DNA of 63,495 bases, filler included, from Octopus bimaculoides (Eukaryota): assembly GCF_001194135.2 (NCBI RefSeq). It is 7 parts of 7 records of this genome, joined end to end, with 100 filler letters (N's around TTAATTAATTAA, not from the genome) between each part and the next. Parts side by side here need not be neighbours in the genome. Positions count along the whole stretch, not along the records: positions 7,700 to 18,034 come from NC_069008.1; positions 18,135 to 45,979 come from NC_068996.1; 5 more parts are not named here. The stretch is one strand, 5' to 3'. The number at the start of each line of letters is the position of its first letter. Position 1 is the first letter of the stretch. Shown here in pieces: positions 12,458 to 24,921 of the stretch. The position numbers and the translations under genes were made by a program. Below the pieces are notes generated by a model. The model was not told where the DNA came from, did no database searches, and saw nothing but the letters and a program-made list of their open reading frames with translations.

Positions 12458-14280
12458 TCACTGACCTAGAATCTTTTTGAAATAGCAAACTTGTATGTAT
12501 TTCGCTGGCCAGTGGACTCTTTGCAGGCTTCTTGTTTGAGGGTACTGTGAAGACGTAGTACTTGCGGGAGGTGTTGATGAGACTGTGTCGGTTTGGTTCA
12601 GAGTGGACGATGATGCAGAGAATTCGGGTTCGATGATAGCTTTCTTAAGTCGATCAATACTAATAGTATTTGGCTTGCCATTTATGTCGACGACAAAGTA
12701 TTTTTCCCTTCTTTGTAGTACTCTGTAGGGTCCAGAATACGGTGGACGGATTTGCGATGGTATTCCATCATTCCGGATAAAAACGTGCGTCCATTGGTTA
12801 ATGTCCGAGGGAACAGAAGTGTTGGTTTTCTGCGAACGGGGTGCGTTAAGTGAGAGATGGGATATATGTGCACGGAGACGATGTACATAAAATGTGGGAT
12901 CAGGAATATCCCTTGGAGGAACTGGAGGAAATGGATGTGTTGAAAACGTGCATCCGGTGTTGTGAAAGTGCCGAGAGGTGATTTTACATGTCGCTGTATT
13001 TTCACCTTTTGGCAGGCAGCGCAACTCTCAACCCAAGCGCGAATGTCCTTGTTAATGTTCGTCCACACAAAACGAGTTCTTATTATCTTCTGTGTGGCAC
13101 GAATGCCGGGATGTGATAGACAGTGAAGGGCAGTGAAAACACTTCGTCGGTGTTGTTCGGGGACGTAAGGATGTTCGTGGCCAGTGGATGTATCACACCA
13201 TATATGAGAGGTAGAAGAAGATAATAGTAACAACTAGAATTTGAGGGAATTCCGTAGCCTACTAAGCTCTTCGTTGTTTTCCTGATCTGCCGCGATCAGC
13301 TTGAGATCGATTGTCTCCGGGGTGTGCAGAGCGTTAAGGTGGACGCGTGAAAGCGCGTCTGCTGCTGTGTTGTTGGATCCTTTGATATGCCGAATATCTG
13401 TGGAATATTGGGCGATGAAGTCGAGGTGACAAACTTTTCTAGGAGAATGGCAGTCGGGTTTCTTCCTGAATGCATATACCAGCGGCTTATGGTCCGTGTA
13501 AATGCTGAAAACGGATCCTTCTAACATATGGCGGAAGTGTTTTACAGACAGATACGCAGCCAGTAGCTCATGTCCAAAAGTACTATATTTCATCTCCGCA
13601 GGTTGAAGTCGCTTGGAGAAAAATGATAATGGCTACCAAACACCATCAACCAACTGCTGAAGGACACCGCCGACTCTGGACATGGACACGTCAACTAGTA
13701 AACTGAGTGGGGCACCTGGTTTGGGGTAGACTAGCATCATGGCCTTAGCTAGCATATCTTTTAGTTTATTAAATGAGGCCAGCTCTTCGTCGCTTAACGA
13801 TATGGCCTGTCTCTTCTTTGTTTTCTTGCGCAGTACATCGGTAAGTGGTTGAGCCACCTCAGCGCAGTGTGGTAGGAAATGCCGGAAGAAGTTAATCAGA
13901 CCCAAATATTCGCGGAGCTTCCAAAGTGACGTAGGAATGGGGAAATCGACTATCACCTCCACCTTTTTGGGTAGGGGCCGGATTCCGTCCTTGTCAATGA
14001 TATGGCCAAGGAAAGGTAGAGACGAGACACCAAAAATACACTTACTGGTGTTGATTACGATGCCGTAGTCATTTACCCGCTGGAATACTTGCTCTAAATG
14101 CTTTTCATGTTCGGCTTCGGATTTACTTGCTACCAATATATCGTCGATGTATGCATACACGAAAGGTAAACCCCTAGTTATGGTATCCATAAAGCGCTGG
14201 AATGTCTGCGCTGCATTACGGAGACTGAAAGGCATCCGCAAAAACTCAAATAGCCCGAAGGGCGTGCAAATTGCCGTTTA
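12458..14280 (-). mobile_element. Ty3/Gypsy pol relic (RT, RNase H, integrase) with the integrase core deleted and no LTRs
   Basis: TAICTPFGLFEFLRMPF..QTFQRFMD..AYIDDIL (RT); DVS..GGVLQQ, YSTFGHELLA, TDHKPL (RNase H); HPGIRAT..CAACQK (zinc-binding); PPYSGPYRV..ISIDRLK (GPY/F). The frame is broken by TAG at 13633 and 13234 and by a deletion near 12930. Confidence 0.95.
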
Positions 14281-14590
14281 TATATATATATATATTAGAA
14301 AAAATAATAAGGTACTCAGATATCTGGATGGTTGTAGATTTACAGATTTTTATTAATATGTCACATATTTTATAAATATTAGCGCTTGCACCTATTCTTG
14401 TCGAGTTTTCAAATATTTGAAATATATTTTCTAATATATAATTCCTGTACATCACCCTCCAAACCTTCCAATATGTATATATGTATATATATATATATAT
14501 ATACATATAAGTGTGTGTGTATATAAAAATTAACAGAATGAGATAAAAAAGCCAAGGCTGTGAGCAGTTTTCAGAACATTTATAAAGAGG

Positions 14591-14636
14591 TCTTACAGCT
14601 ATTTCTGGAATATTTTATATATCCCTTCATCAGAGA
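14591..14636 (-). ncRNA. Minimal hammerhead ribozyme motif in a Penelope-type end (14530-14850)
   Basis: Minus strand: TCT-CTGATGA-A-GGGATA..TATTCC-A-GAAA-T-AGCT-GTA-AGA; C15.2 is replaced by U. Confidence 0.65.
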
Positions 14637-14947
14637 TGGTGTGAGAAAATGTTCAGGCAATAGTTATTATAGAGAAGATATGAAATACAGAGTGAAGTAG
14701 AGGAATGAAAACAGACGTGAGATACATAAGGAAATTGTATTTGCAGTTCCATTATTTAAGCAGAATGGTGTATATATAAGTTTCTTGTACCTTGTGTGTG
14801 AGTTCCAATGGTGTTTATAATTGGTTATTTCAAGCATAGTCTTGTAAATTTATCTATTTATTTTATTCTTACTGTACTCCTATTTTTATTTTTATTTTAT
14901 TTTTGTTATTATTTCTTACTGTATATTTGTGTGGAACTTTTTGTGAA

Positions 14948-15022
14948 TCTCTGAAGAGACTCCGGCAGGAGCTATTCGGATAGAATGGGGCATGCCAACA
15001 CTAGGCCGAAACAGCTGTAAGC
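14948..15022 (+). ncRNA. Hammerhead ribozyme motif with an extended stem II
   Basis: CT-CTGAAGA-G(50 nt)C-GAAA-CAGCTGTA-AG: intact core, ACAGCTGT palindrome, GUA triplet; the element ends in (TA)n at about 15215. Confidence 0.65.
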
Positions 15023-15244
15023 TTATGTTTATTCTCAAATTCCTAACGTACTTTATATTTGTAAACCCGATTGTCAATATAACATGGTTTGTTATAAACA
15101 TTTGTATTTTGTGGTTTTTTGTCATTTTAGTTACAAAATAAGTTAATGAATTCAACGGAATACACTGTCTGCAAGTCGTTGGGTACACCATATTATCCCC
15201 CATTTTCTAATTGCTATATATATATATATATATATACATATGGG

Positions 15245-15279
<35 letters not shown>

Positions 15280-15395
15280 ATGCATATGAGTACATACATA
15301 TATATATCTGTGTGTGTGAATGTGCACATGTCTGTGTATATATTTTTATGTATGTATAGATGCGTGTATCTGTGTATACATATATGTATGTATAT

Positions 15396-15445
<50 letters not shown>

Positions 15446-15479
15446 TTAATTTCAACTCATGTAAAGGACGTATCAATAA

Positions 15480-15770
15480 ATCTCCCTAAATATATAAAGT
15501 GGTAGCATTACTTAACATAATTGCATTGAAGCCTTGTTATTTATTATTATACTGAATGATTTATAAGTTTCTTATTCTAACTGAATGTTTTATTGGTTGA
15601 GGCAAAATATATATTTGTTTTTATACGGAATAGTTTGTAAGTTTTTGTGACTAAAGGTTTGTTATTTTAAATAGTATATTAATGTGGATATCTGAAAATT
15701 TTTTAGTGGATTAAGTTATAATATTTCACATTAAGTAGCAATGAAAATATTAGTACTGACTGTAAAATAT
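15480..15770 (-). mobile_element. Decayed Penelope-like GIY-YIG endonuclease fragment
   Basis: Minus strand reads KTNIYFASTNKTFS...YKSF, resembling the YIGxT..FK.R..H..SF motif. Confidence 0.4.
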
Positions 15771-16189
15771 ATCATTATATTCGTAGTTAAATTTAAATAA
15801 TAAATTTTAAGTACATTATCTTTATTATACTAAATGATTATGCATTTATAAATATATAAATTGAATTTATCAATTAATGATGATGATAATAATAATACAG
15901 GAATAATTTTATATAATGTCATATTGTCATCAAAAATTTTTATATTGCAAGTACGTATTTCAGGCTATTTTTCTGTAGGCAATTGATTTCCATGCTAGCA
16001 TGGAAAGCGGACGTTAAACAATGATGATGATGATGATAGACGGAGGTGTCAATGTGTGGTAAGTAGCCTGCTTACAAACCACATGTTTCGGGTTCAGTTC
16101 CACTGCGTGGCATCTTGGGCAAGCATCTTTTACTATAGTAATTTAGTATTTTGTAATAGGAATATTGTTCATATAAATACGAATAAATA

Positions 16190-16655
16190 AAATCGAACTA
16201 AATTTGACGACTGGCACCCATGCCAACGTCATCTCCTTCATTGGACACGAAACTTGGCTTGCGAAGACCTGTTGGGGCAAGCGAAAGTGAAATCGTGATG
16301 GCACCTGTGCCCAGCATCACCTTTCTAGCACTTGTGCCGGTGGCACATGTAAAGACATTCGAGCGAGATCGTTGCCAGTACCGCTGGACTGGCTCCTGTG
16401 CAGGTGGCATGAAAAATACACCATTTTGAGCGTGACCATTGCCAGTACCGCCTGACTGGCCTTCGTGCCAGTGGCACGTAAAAGCACCCACTACACTCTC
16501 GGATTAGTTGGCGTTAGGAAGGACTTCCAGCTGTAGAAACTCTACCAAATCAGATTGGAGCCTGGTGAAGCTATCTGGTTTACCAGTCCTCAGTCAAATC
16601 GTCCAACCCATGCTAGCATGGAAAACGGACGTTAAACAATGATGATGATGATGAA
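16190..16655 (+). mobile_element. Family B element
   Basis: Same body and (GAT)n tail as 22553-23010. Confidence 0.9.
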
Positions 16656-16984
16656 ACTAGAACAATTATTATATATATCATTTTAAATAACCATACATAT
16701 ATGTATTCATTGTAGCACCTATTTCATTTAATATGGTTTATAATATGGTGTACTTTCAAGCTTGTATATATAAGATTATTTATAGCAGAATATAACTAAT
16801 GCCTTGCTCTAATTTCGTTCCTTCTGAAAAACTTAGTAAAATGATATTTTTTTTTTATAGTTTATTTTATAATATAGTCTATAATTATCATAAGTCTATG
16901 TTTTTGTTTATTTTATTTAGAGAGTTTTTCCCTCTGATAAACTATTGGAGATATATAAAAAGATTCTATGACCGTTGTGAATTT

Positions 16985-17605
16985 TCTTTTTCTTTTCTTG
17001 CCTTTAACCCTCCAACGCGGAGTATAGGCCACTTATAATTGAATTCCATGTCGCATAATTTCTCGCTTCTGTACTTATACTCTGCCATGAATGTCCCCCT
17101 TTCTCTAGTTTCTTTTATGTTGATCTATGCTACGAGTTCTTAGGCCTACCCCTCTTTCTATATCCATCCGGATTCCACTGTAACGCACTTTTCAGTTCAT
17201 TTGGTGTGTCCTTTCTAATTGTGCTACCAATCCACTTCCACTTTTTCTTAAATATTTGTTCTCTAATCAGAACTTGGTTCGTTCTTTGCCACAGCTCCAC
17301 ATTGCTTATGTGTTCGGGCCATCTAATTTTAAGTATACTAAGCAAGCACCTGTTGATGAATGATTGTATTTGCTTATTTGACTTAACTGTTGTTCTCCAT
17401 GTCTCAGTCCCATACAATAACACCGCTTTTACGTTAGTGTTAAAAATTCTTATTTTGTTCTTTATTGAAACTACACTTGTGCTCCATACTTTTTTAACAG
17501 GTGAAAAGCGGTCCTTGCCTTACTTATTCTCGTCTTAATATCTTCGTCGGTGCCGCCTGAGAACATTATCTTACTTCCTAAATACGTAAACTCGGCTACT
17601 TTACT
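16985..17605 (-). mobile_element. 5'-truncated RTE-like LINE (RT C-terminus and 3' end)
   Basis: FTYLGSKI..GGTDEDIKTRISKARTAF, LLYGTETW, IRWPEHISN, WKWIG, WNPDGYRKRGRPK; (AAGAA)n tail. Confidence 0.9.
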
Positions 17606-17867
17606 TAATTACTCTTTACTTAATCATTTTATCCATTTGAATTTTGTCGTTCTTTTATTGTACTTATGTATTTGAATTATCAACGCTCACGCTTCTAAAC
17701 ATAGATGTTTTAAATCAGTACTTTTTGGCACTTTGGCAGTCCTTTACAAGGAATTTCGTCTGTCTTTTTGAACCAAAGCCCTGAAGAGGCTTGTATACAT
17801 AGATAGGAATTTTTCATAAATCAACTAATGTATATAAGTCAAAACAAATTGTTGACTTTATATGTTC

Positions 17868-18034
17868 TTTTTAAAATTTATGTAATTTCATATTTTTATA
17901 GTATACTAGCAGAGGCACCAGGCGTTGCTCAGGAATGAAATATATGTTTTTTTTTTAAATTTATGTAATTTCATATTTTTATAGTATACTAGCAGAGGCA
18001 CCTGGCGTTGCTCGGGAATGAAATTGTTGCTTAT
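17868..18034 (+). repeat. Tandem duplication (83-bp period) of a Helitron-like terminus
   Basis: TATACTAGCAGAGGCACC.GGCGTTGCTC.GGAATGAAAT occurs at about 17902 and about 17985. Confidence 0.7.
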
Positions 18035-18134
18035 NNNNNNNNNNNNNNNNNNNNNNNNNNNNNNNNNNNNNNNNNNNNTTAATTAATTAANNNNNNNNNN
18101 NNNNNNNNNNNNNNNNNNNNNNNNNNNNNNNNNN

Positions 18135-18193
<59 letters not shown>

Positions 18194-18549
18194 ATATATA
18201 TGTATATATATGTATATATATATATATTTGATAAATGGAAAACTGAAAGAAGCTTGTCGTGTGTGTGTGTTTGTGTATGTGTGTGTACATTAGTGTTTGT
18301 GTTTGTCCCCCACCACTGCTTAATAACCTGTGTTTGTTTGTTTACCTCTCCATAACTTAGTAGTTCAGTAAAAGAAACTGATAGAATAAGTACCGGGCTT
18401 TAAAAAAATAATACATGTACTGGGGTTGATTTTCTTGCCTAAGCCATTAGAAGCATGGCTGCAGTCCATTAACTGGAATAAGTAAAAAATAAAAGATAAA
18501 TTATATATATTCATGAGTGTATATATTTTATTGAACCCCATTATTCTCT

Positions 18550-18915
18550 TCTGCCACTCTAAATCATAGTAGGCTTTAGGTATTTTTTCCCTAAATTCAT
18601 TCTGATACAATAATGGTAAAAAGAAACAATGTATTCTAGTCCCTAGTCCCGATGAAAAATTTGCTAAAAAAATTATAATGTAGTATCTTGTATGTTGGAA
18701 ATCTATATGGTCAGGCACACCTGAAGAGAGCGGTTTATTTCAAATTGATGTAATACTTACATCAATAGATTAAATGGAGCTGCCTGAAACAGTCGTAATG
18801 CACAAATACCTGGAGATTCTTATTTATTTGCTTTTTATTCATCTAACATCAAGCTGTGCAGACAATACTGGACAGGCTTGGTACCTCAACATAAGTGCTT
18901 AATTCAACCAAATTT
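18550..18915 (+). mobile_element. Penelope-like 3' end with a hammerhead-like motif at 18721-18800
   Basis: YNNGKKKQCILV..EKFA resembles the GIY-YIG C-terminus. It is followed by CTGAAGA-GAGC...[ATTGATGTAA tac TTACATCAAT hairpin]...GAAAC-AGTC-GTA. Confidence 0.55.
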
Positions 18916-18953
18916 TAATTATTTCTTATATATATGTATATGTATATGTATAT

Positions 18954-18989
<36 letters not shown>

Positions 18990-19838
18990 GAATAACAAAA
19001 TATTAAAAAAAGGGTTTTGAATGATCGTGTATAGAGGAATATATTATTTAAAAGAGTTCCAACTCTGTCTGTCTTTTATGTTTTATTTATATTCTTATAA
19101 AATTAATGTGGGATATAGAATACGGAATATAGAATATGGAATATAGAATATAAATAGTAAAATGAAATGAAGTGTTGAATGTCTTATTGAATATATGAAA
19201 TATTGAGTATTAAATATATAAGGACTAGTATACTTTCCTGCCTCATGGCAGTCATCAAGTCCCTGTCTGCACAGCTTGATGTTAGATGAATAAAAANNNN
19301 NNNNNNNNNNNNNNNNNNNNNNNNNNNNNNNNNNNNNNNNNNNNNNNNNNNNNNNNNNNNNNNNNNNNNNNNNNNNNNNNNNNNNNNNNNNNNNNNNNNN
19401 NNNNNNNNNNNNNNNNNNNNNNNNNNNNNNNNNNNNNNNNNNNNNNNNNNNNNNNNNNNNNNNNNNNNNNNNNNNNNNNNNNNNNNNNNNNNNNNNNNNN
19501 NNNNNNNNNNNNNNNNNNNNNNNNNNNNNNNNNNNNNNNNNNNNNNNNNNNNNNNNNNNNNNNNNNNNNNNNNNNNNNNNNNNNNNNNNNNNNNNNNNNN
19601 NNNNNNNNNNNNNNNNNNNNNNNNNNNNNNNNNNNNNNNNNNNNNNNNNNNNNNNNNNNNNNNNNNNNNNNNNNNNNNNNNNNNNNNNNNNNNNNNNNNN
19701 NNCTAACCATCATTCTCTTTCTTTCAATATTACCTTTTATTGAGACTTACCATGCTCACAATTTCTCCCATCTATTTTTTCTGTATATCATCCTATCTCT
19801 AATTAGAACCCATCACTATAGCTTTCTTCAAATCCAAC

Positions 19839-19895
<57 letters not shown>

Positions 19896-20111
19896 TAATT
19901 CCTTCCTATCATGCTCTGCTGAAATATATCACTCTCTATCTCCCTTAAATTTATTACCCCTTTCCTCCATCAACCTTTCTCCCTCCCCATGACATCCTCT
20001 TCAGCCATCACACAGCTCATGGTGTTATCCTATTCAACCTCCTTACAAATAACAAAGATGTAGCTGCCTATCACAGTCTCTATTTCATTACTCCCTCCAC
20101 CACAAGCAAAC

Positions 20112-20197
20112 TGATGATGATGATGACAATGATGACAATAACGGTGATGATGACAATAATGATGATGATAATGGTGATGATGACAATGATGACAATA

Positions 20198-20241
<44 letters not shown>

Positions 20242-20347
20242 AGCAATGATGGTGATAATGACAGTAATGATGAAGACGACAACAACAACAACAACAATGA
20301 CAACAGTGATGATGACAATAACAATTGTGATGATGATGACGATGATG
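20112..20347. repeat. Compound (ATG/ACA/ATA)n trinucleotide microsatellite
   Basis: Seen directly; it produces the poly-M, poly-H and poly-S ORFs. Confidence 0.95.
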
Positions 20348-20599
20348 TATGTTTACATACCAAAACCTGCTAACACACACATCTCTCTATCCAGTTAGTT
20401 GTAGCTAGACTTTAGCTGTTGAATGAGAATTTGTGTTATTCATTGTCTATGTTATTTGTTAAACAATACACTGTTTGTTGTGGCCCTGTAAACCTGTGGA
20501 TTTTATTCACCTCCATGAATTATGCATCTCAGATTTTTCATCTGAACTATTTTTTAATCTTTTAGATGAAAGAAGACACTCACTCTCCCATCTTGCTCA

Positions 20600-20631
20600 C
20601 CTCTCTCTCTCTATCTCTCTCTCTCTATCTC

Positions 20632-20662
<31 letters not shown>

Positions 20663-20675
20663 CTTTCTCTCTCTA

Positions 20676-20723
<48 letters not shown>

Positions 20724-20806
20724 AGCCTGTCTATCTTTGTCTATTTTTCTTTCTATCTGTCTCTGTTTCTCTGTCTGTCTATCTATCTTTCTGTCTGTCT
20801 GTTTAA

Positions 20807-20859
<53 letters not shown>

Positions 20860-20864
20860 CATCC

Positions 20865-20906
<42 letters not shown>

Positions 20907-21000
20907 TTATTTATGTATCTATCTTTCTATCTATCTATCTATCTATCTATCTATTTATCTATGTATCTGTCTGTCTCTCTATTTATTTATCTAACTACAC
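20600..21000. repeat. (CT)n followed by (ATCT)n compound microsatellite
   Basis: Seen directly. Confidence 0.95.
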
Positions 21001-21073
21001 TGTACATGCATGTGCATGCATGCATATGTGTGTGTTTGTGTGTATGTATGTGTGTGTGTGTGTGTGCATGCCT

Positions 21074-21115
<42 letters not shown>

Positions 21116-21419
21116 CCAATAGACATCTTTCAGTTTTCCTCCCCCAAATCTGCTCACAAGGCTTTTGTTGGCCTGGAGTTTTAGTAAAAGGTGTTGCCCA
21201 AGATGCTATGCAGCAGGACAGAACTGAAGACCTCACAATTGAAAAGCTTCCTACATCTGTGCCTAGACATATATATATATTTAACAACTACAAATAATCA
21301 GAAAATGGAGAAAACCTCACATTAACCAACACATTGATTGGACCACATTTATAGCTTATTTTTTAATACAAAGCATAACATAACAAAAAGGTGACAAAAC
21401 ATATCTTACGGCCGTTTCA

Positions 21420-22050
21420 AATCTGTTGCCAGAATGCTGTCTATTTTTATAAACAGGGAAACGGATGGAGGGGAGCTACTGTGCCAGTAGCTACCCTGTC
21501 AACCGATCAGAGACGCACTCGCAGTTACTGCCAATAATAAACATTCAGGTGGGGTCGAATGAAGCTTGAGTCCTTGTGGATACTGGCTGTACCTCAACCC
21601 TAGTGACTGTAAAAATAGTGACTAGCTGGGGTGGTAACCCAAATCTGAGCGTAGTGGATGGTTAGGTGCAGAGGTGAGAACAGAATACAGTTGATTGTGC
21701 AAGGGTCGACAGTGAAGGTTCAGGCAACTGTTGTCGCTGATGTGGTGGACGGTGTTGACATAGTGGTGGGAATGGATGTGTTTGTTTGGTTAGGTGGCGT
21801 GACAGTAGGTGAGAAGGGAGCGGAATTCGGCAACCGATGTGCTGCATGCTTTGAGTATGCAGAGGCAGAGGAAGGTTATGAGAGCAATGGAATGTATGTA
21901 GAAAGCAGGGATGATGTATGCAACATTGAAGACAAGGACATCCAGGCCAAATTCAATGGCACACAATGGACAGTGGAGTACTTTTGGAAGGGTGAGCCCC
22001 TGTTGTTGCGAAACAGGGTAAGCTGTTATGAACACACTCTCAAAGGAAAA
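21420..22050 (+). mobile_element. Gypsy-type gag-end/aspartic protease fragment
   Basis: LPIINIQVG..VLVDTGCTSTLV (catalytic DTG) and DIVVGMD, continuing into ORF 21658-22167. Confidence 0.75.
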
Positions 22051-22293
22051 TTGAGGCTTTCTTATCTGTCAGTCTGGAGAGAGCGTTCTCTCACTACCCA
22101 CATGGACGTTCTCTTCTCTTGGTCATGCACACACGTCTTGCCTTCACGCTGTCTGGTTGCCCTCTGACCTCTTTCTGTCACTGCTGCACATGCTCTCTTC
22201 AGCACTTCCATCCTCAGGGGCTCCCAACAGGGCCTACCCACTTTCCCACTTCCGCCTTCACCACAGCTTCAGTTCAATACCACATTACCTTAA

Positions 22294-23253
22294 CCCTTTA
22301 ATTGAAACACATTCTGTTAAAACACATTCCCTTTGTTTCAGTTAATTTTGAAAATAATGAAGAAGTTAGTAAAATAATTTTGCCTTTATTAAATTGGTGT
22401 TTGGAACATAAATTATGGTAAATTTTGTTAGCATATTTCTGTTGAAATACATTGCCTTTGTTTCACATATTTTGAAAATAATGAAGAATTTAGTAACACA
22501 GCTTTATTAGCTAGTATTTGGAATATGAATTAACATGAAATTTTGATGAAAGAAAATTTGACGACTGGCATCCGTGCCAACGTTGTCTCCTTCATTGGAC
22601 AAGAAACTCAGCTTGCAAAGACTTATTGGGACAAGCGAAAGCGAAATCAGGATGTCACCTGTGCCCAGCATCGCCTTTCTGGCACTTGTGCCCGTGACAT
22701 GAGTAAGGATTTTCAAGCGAGATCGTTGCCAGTGCCCCTGGACTGACTCTTGTGCAGGTGGCACATAAAATACACCATTTTGAGCGTGACCGTTGCCAGT
22801 ACCTCCTGACTTGCCTTCGTGCGGGTGGCACGTAAAAGCACCCACTACACTCTTAGAGTGGTTGGCGTTAGGAAAGGCATCCAGCTGTAGAAACTCTGCC
22901 AAATCAGATTGGAGCCTGGTGTAGCCATCTGGTTTCACCAGTCCTCAGTCAAATCGTCCAACCCATGCTAGCATGGAAAGCAGAAGTTAAATGATGATGA
23001 TGATGATGATTCTAATTTAGATCACTTTAACCATTTGTTACCATATTTTTATTGAAATATACTGACTTTGCTTCAATTAATTTTGAAAATGCTGATGAAT
23101 TTAGTAAAATAACTTTATCATTATTAAACTGGTGTTTGGAATGTTTAGATTAACATTAAATTTTGATGGAAAGTTTTAATTTATATCACTTTAAATCAAA
23201 GAATTTGTATCATAGAACTTAGGGCGATCATAGATGGGTTGGTATTAAAAGAG
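22294..23253 (+). mobile_element. piggyBac-like MITE with about three ~130-bp internal tandem units, interrupted by a family B insert
   Basis: TTAA|CCCTTTTAAT ... ATTAAAAGAG|TTAA; the unit TTGAAATACA..TTTTGAAAATAATGAAGAATTTAGTAA..GGTGTTTGGAA repeats. Confidence 0.65.
22553..23010 (+). mobile_element. Family B element inserted in the MITE
   Basis: Body and (GAT)n tail match the other copies. Confidence 0.9.
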
Positions 23254-23555
23254 TTAATAAAGCTGTTGTGTACAGGAGATATGACTGCACTGGTATGGCC
23301 ATGTGATATGAATAGTGAATAATGATTGGTTGAAAAAAAAATGCTGCTGTGTACTTAAGAATGGAGGCCACAGGAAGAAGTGGTGATGCACTTTGAATCC
23401 TGTACATGTATTTGATGGCATGAATCTGTAGAATGAACTCTGGGAAGTGAAAGCACTTAATATGGCTTCTGTTGCTTGGTCATTCATAAAATAGTCACTT
23501 GACATTAAAGTTGCTTCGGAAGTTAGTTGAGGATGTAGATATCAGTGTGTAAGTA

Positions 23556-23602
<47 letters not shown>

Positions 23603-23681
23603 CAAAAAGATTGTAACTAATACCATTAACATATTAATGTAATAAAGCACAGGATATTCNNNNNNNNNNCCAACCACCACC

Positions 23682-23727
<46 letters not shown>

Positions 23728-24112
23728 CCACTTTAACCTCTGTTTTTCCATGCTGACATTGGTTGGACAGTTTGACAGGATCCAGCAAGCCACAGAGCTG
23801 TGTTGTGCTCCACCGTCAGCTTTGGCATAGTTTCTCAGCTGGATGCTCTTCCTGACATCAACCATCTTACAGTGTGTCCTTGGTAGATTTTTCATGCCAC
23901 CAACACTGGTAAGGTCACCAAATAACTTTCAAGACAAGAAAAGAACAATAAAAGAAAAGGAAAAATTCCTCCTTTGGCTAAGTAGATGGGAGTAGGGAGT
24001 ATTTCAGAAGTGGGGAGAGGTAGCTTGATGCCAGATGTTGGTGGGTGAGTTGAAGTATGATACAAGGAGAAGCACAAGTGTGTTGCTAAATATTAATCAC
24101 AGTAATAAACTG

Positions 24113-24510
24113 AATCATCATCATCATCATCATCGTCGTTTAACGTCTGCTTTCCATGCTAGCATGGGTTGGACAATTTGACTGAGGACTGGTGAAACCA
24201 GATGGCTACACCAGGCTCCAATCTGATTTGGCAGAGTTTCTACAGCTGGATGCCCTTCCTAACGCCAACCACTCAGAGATTGTAGTGGGTGCTTTTACGT
24301 GTCACCCGCACGAAGGCCAGTCAGGTGGTACTGGCAACAGCCATGCTCAAAATGGTGTATTCTATGTGCCACCTGCACAAGAGCCAGTCCAGGGGCACTG
24401 GCAACGATCTCGCTCGAAAGGCCTTACACATGCCGCGGGCACAAGTGCCAAAAAGGCGTCGCTGGGCACAGGTGCCATCCCGATTTCGCTTTCGCTTGCC
24501 CCAATAAGTC
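24113..24510 (-). mobile_element. Family B element
   Basis: (CAT)n followed by the reverse complement of the family B body. Confidence 0.9.
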
Positions 24511-24803
24511 TGAATAATAATAAACTGAATAATAATTGTTTTTGATTTAGGCACAAAAGTATGCAATTTTGTAGAGGAGGGTATTGAGTACTACTGTCAG
24601 CCCCAGTACTTAACAACCTTGAAAGGATGAGAAGTAAATGTGACCTCAGCAGGATTTGAACTCAGAATGCAATGAACCAGAAGAAATAACTAAAGGCATT
24701 TTTTGCACCTTCACTATTATAGTATTACCAGGGGTCAAACGACACTGACAATGCAGTTGGCCAGCTGTAAGGCCCACACAAATTGCACATGTGTGTGCAT
24801 GTA

Positions 24804-24848
<45 letters not shown>

Positions 24849-24921
24849 CTGAGACTTTGTCAGTATCAGACATCAAGATATCCAATGGTTCAAGTGTCAG
24901 AGGATATTATATATGAGTGAA

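Noticed and set aside
20030-21122. His-, Met-, Ser- and Leu-rich ORFs (likewise the YI/CV/HT ORFs elsewhere)
   Set aside because: They are translations of microsatellites or N runs
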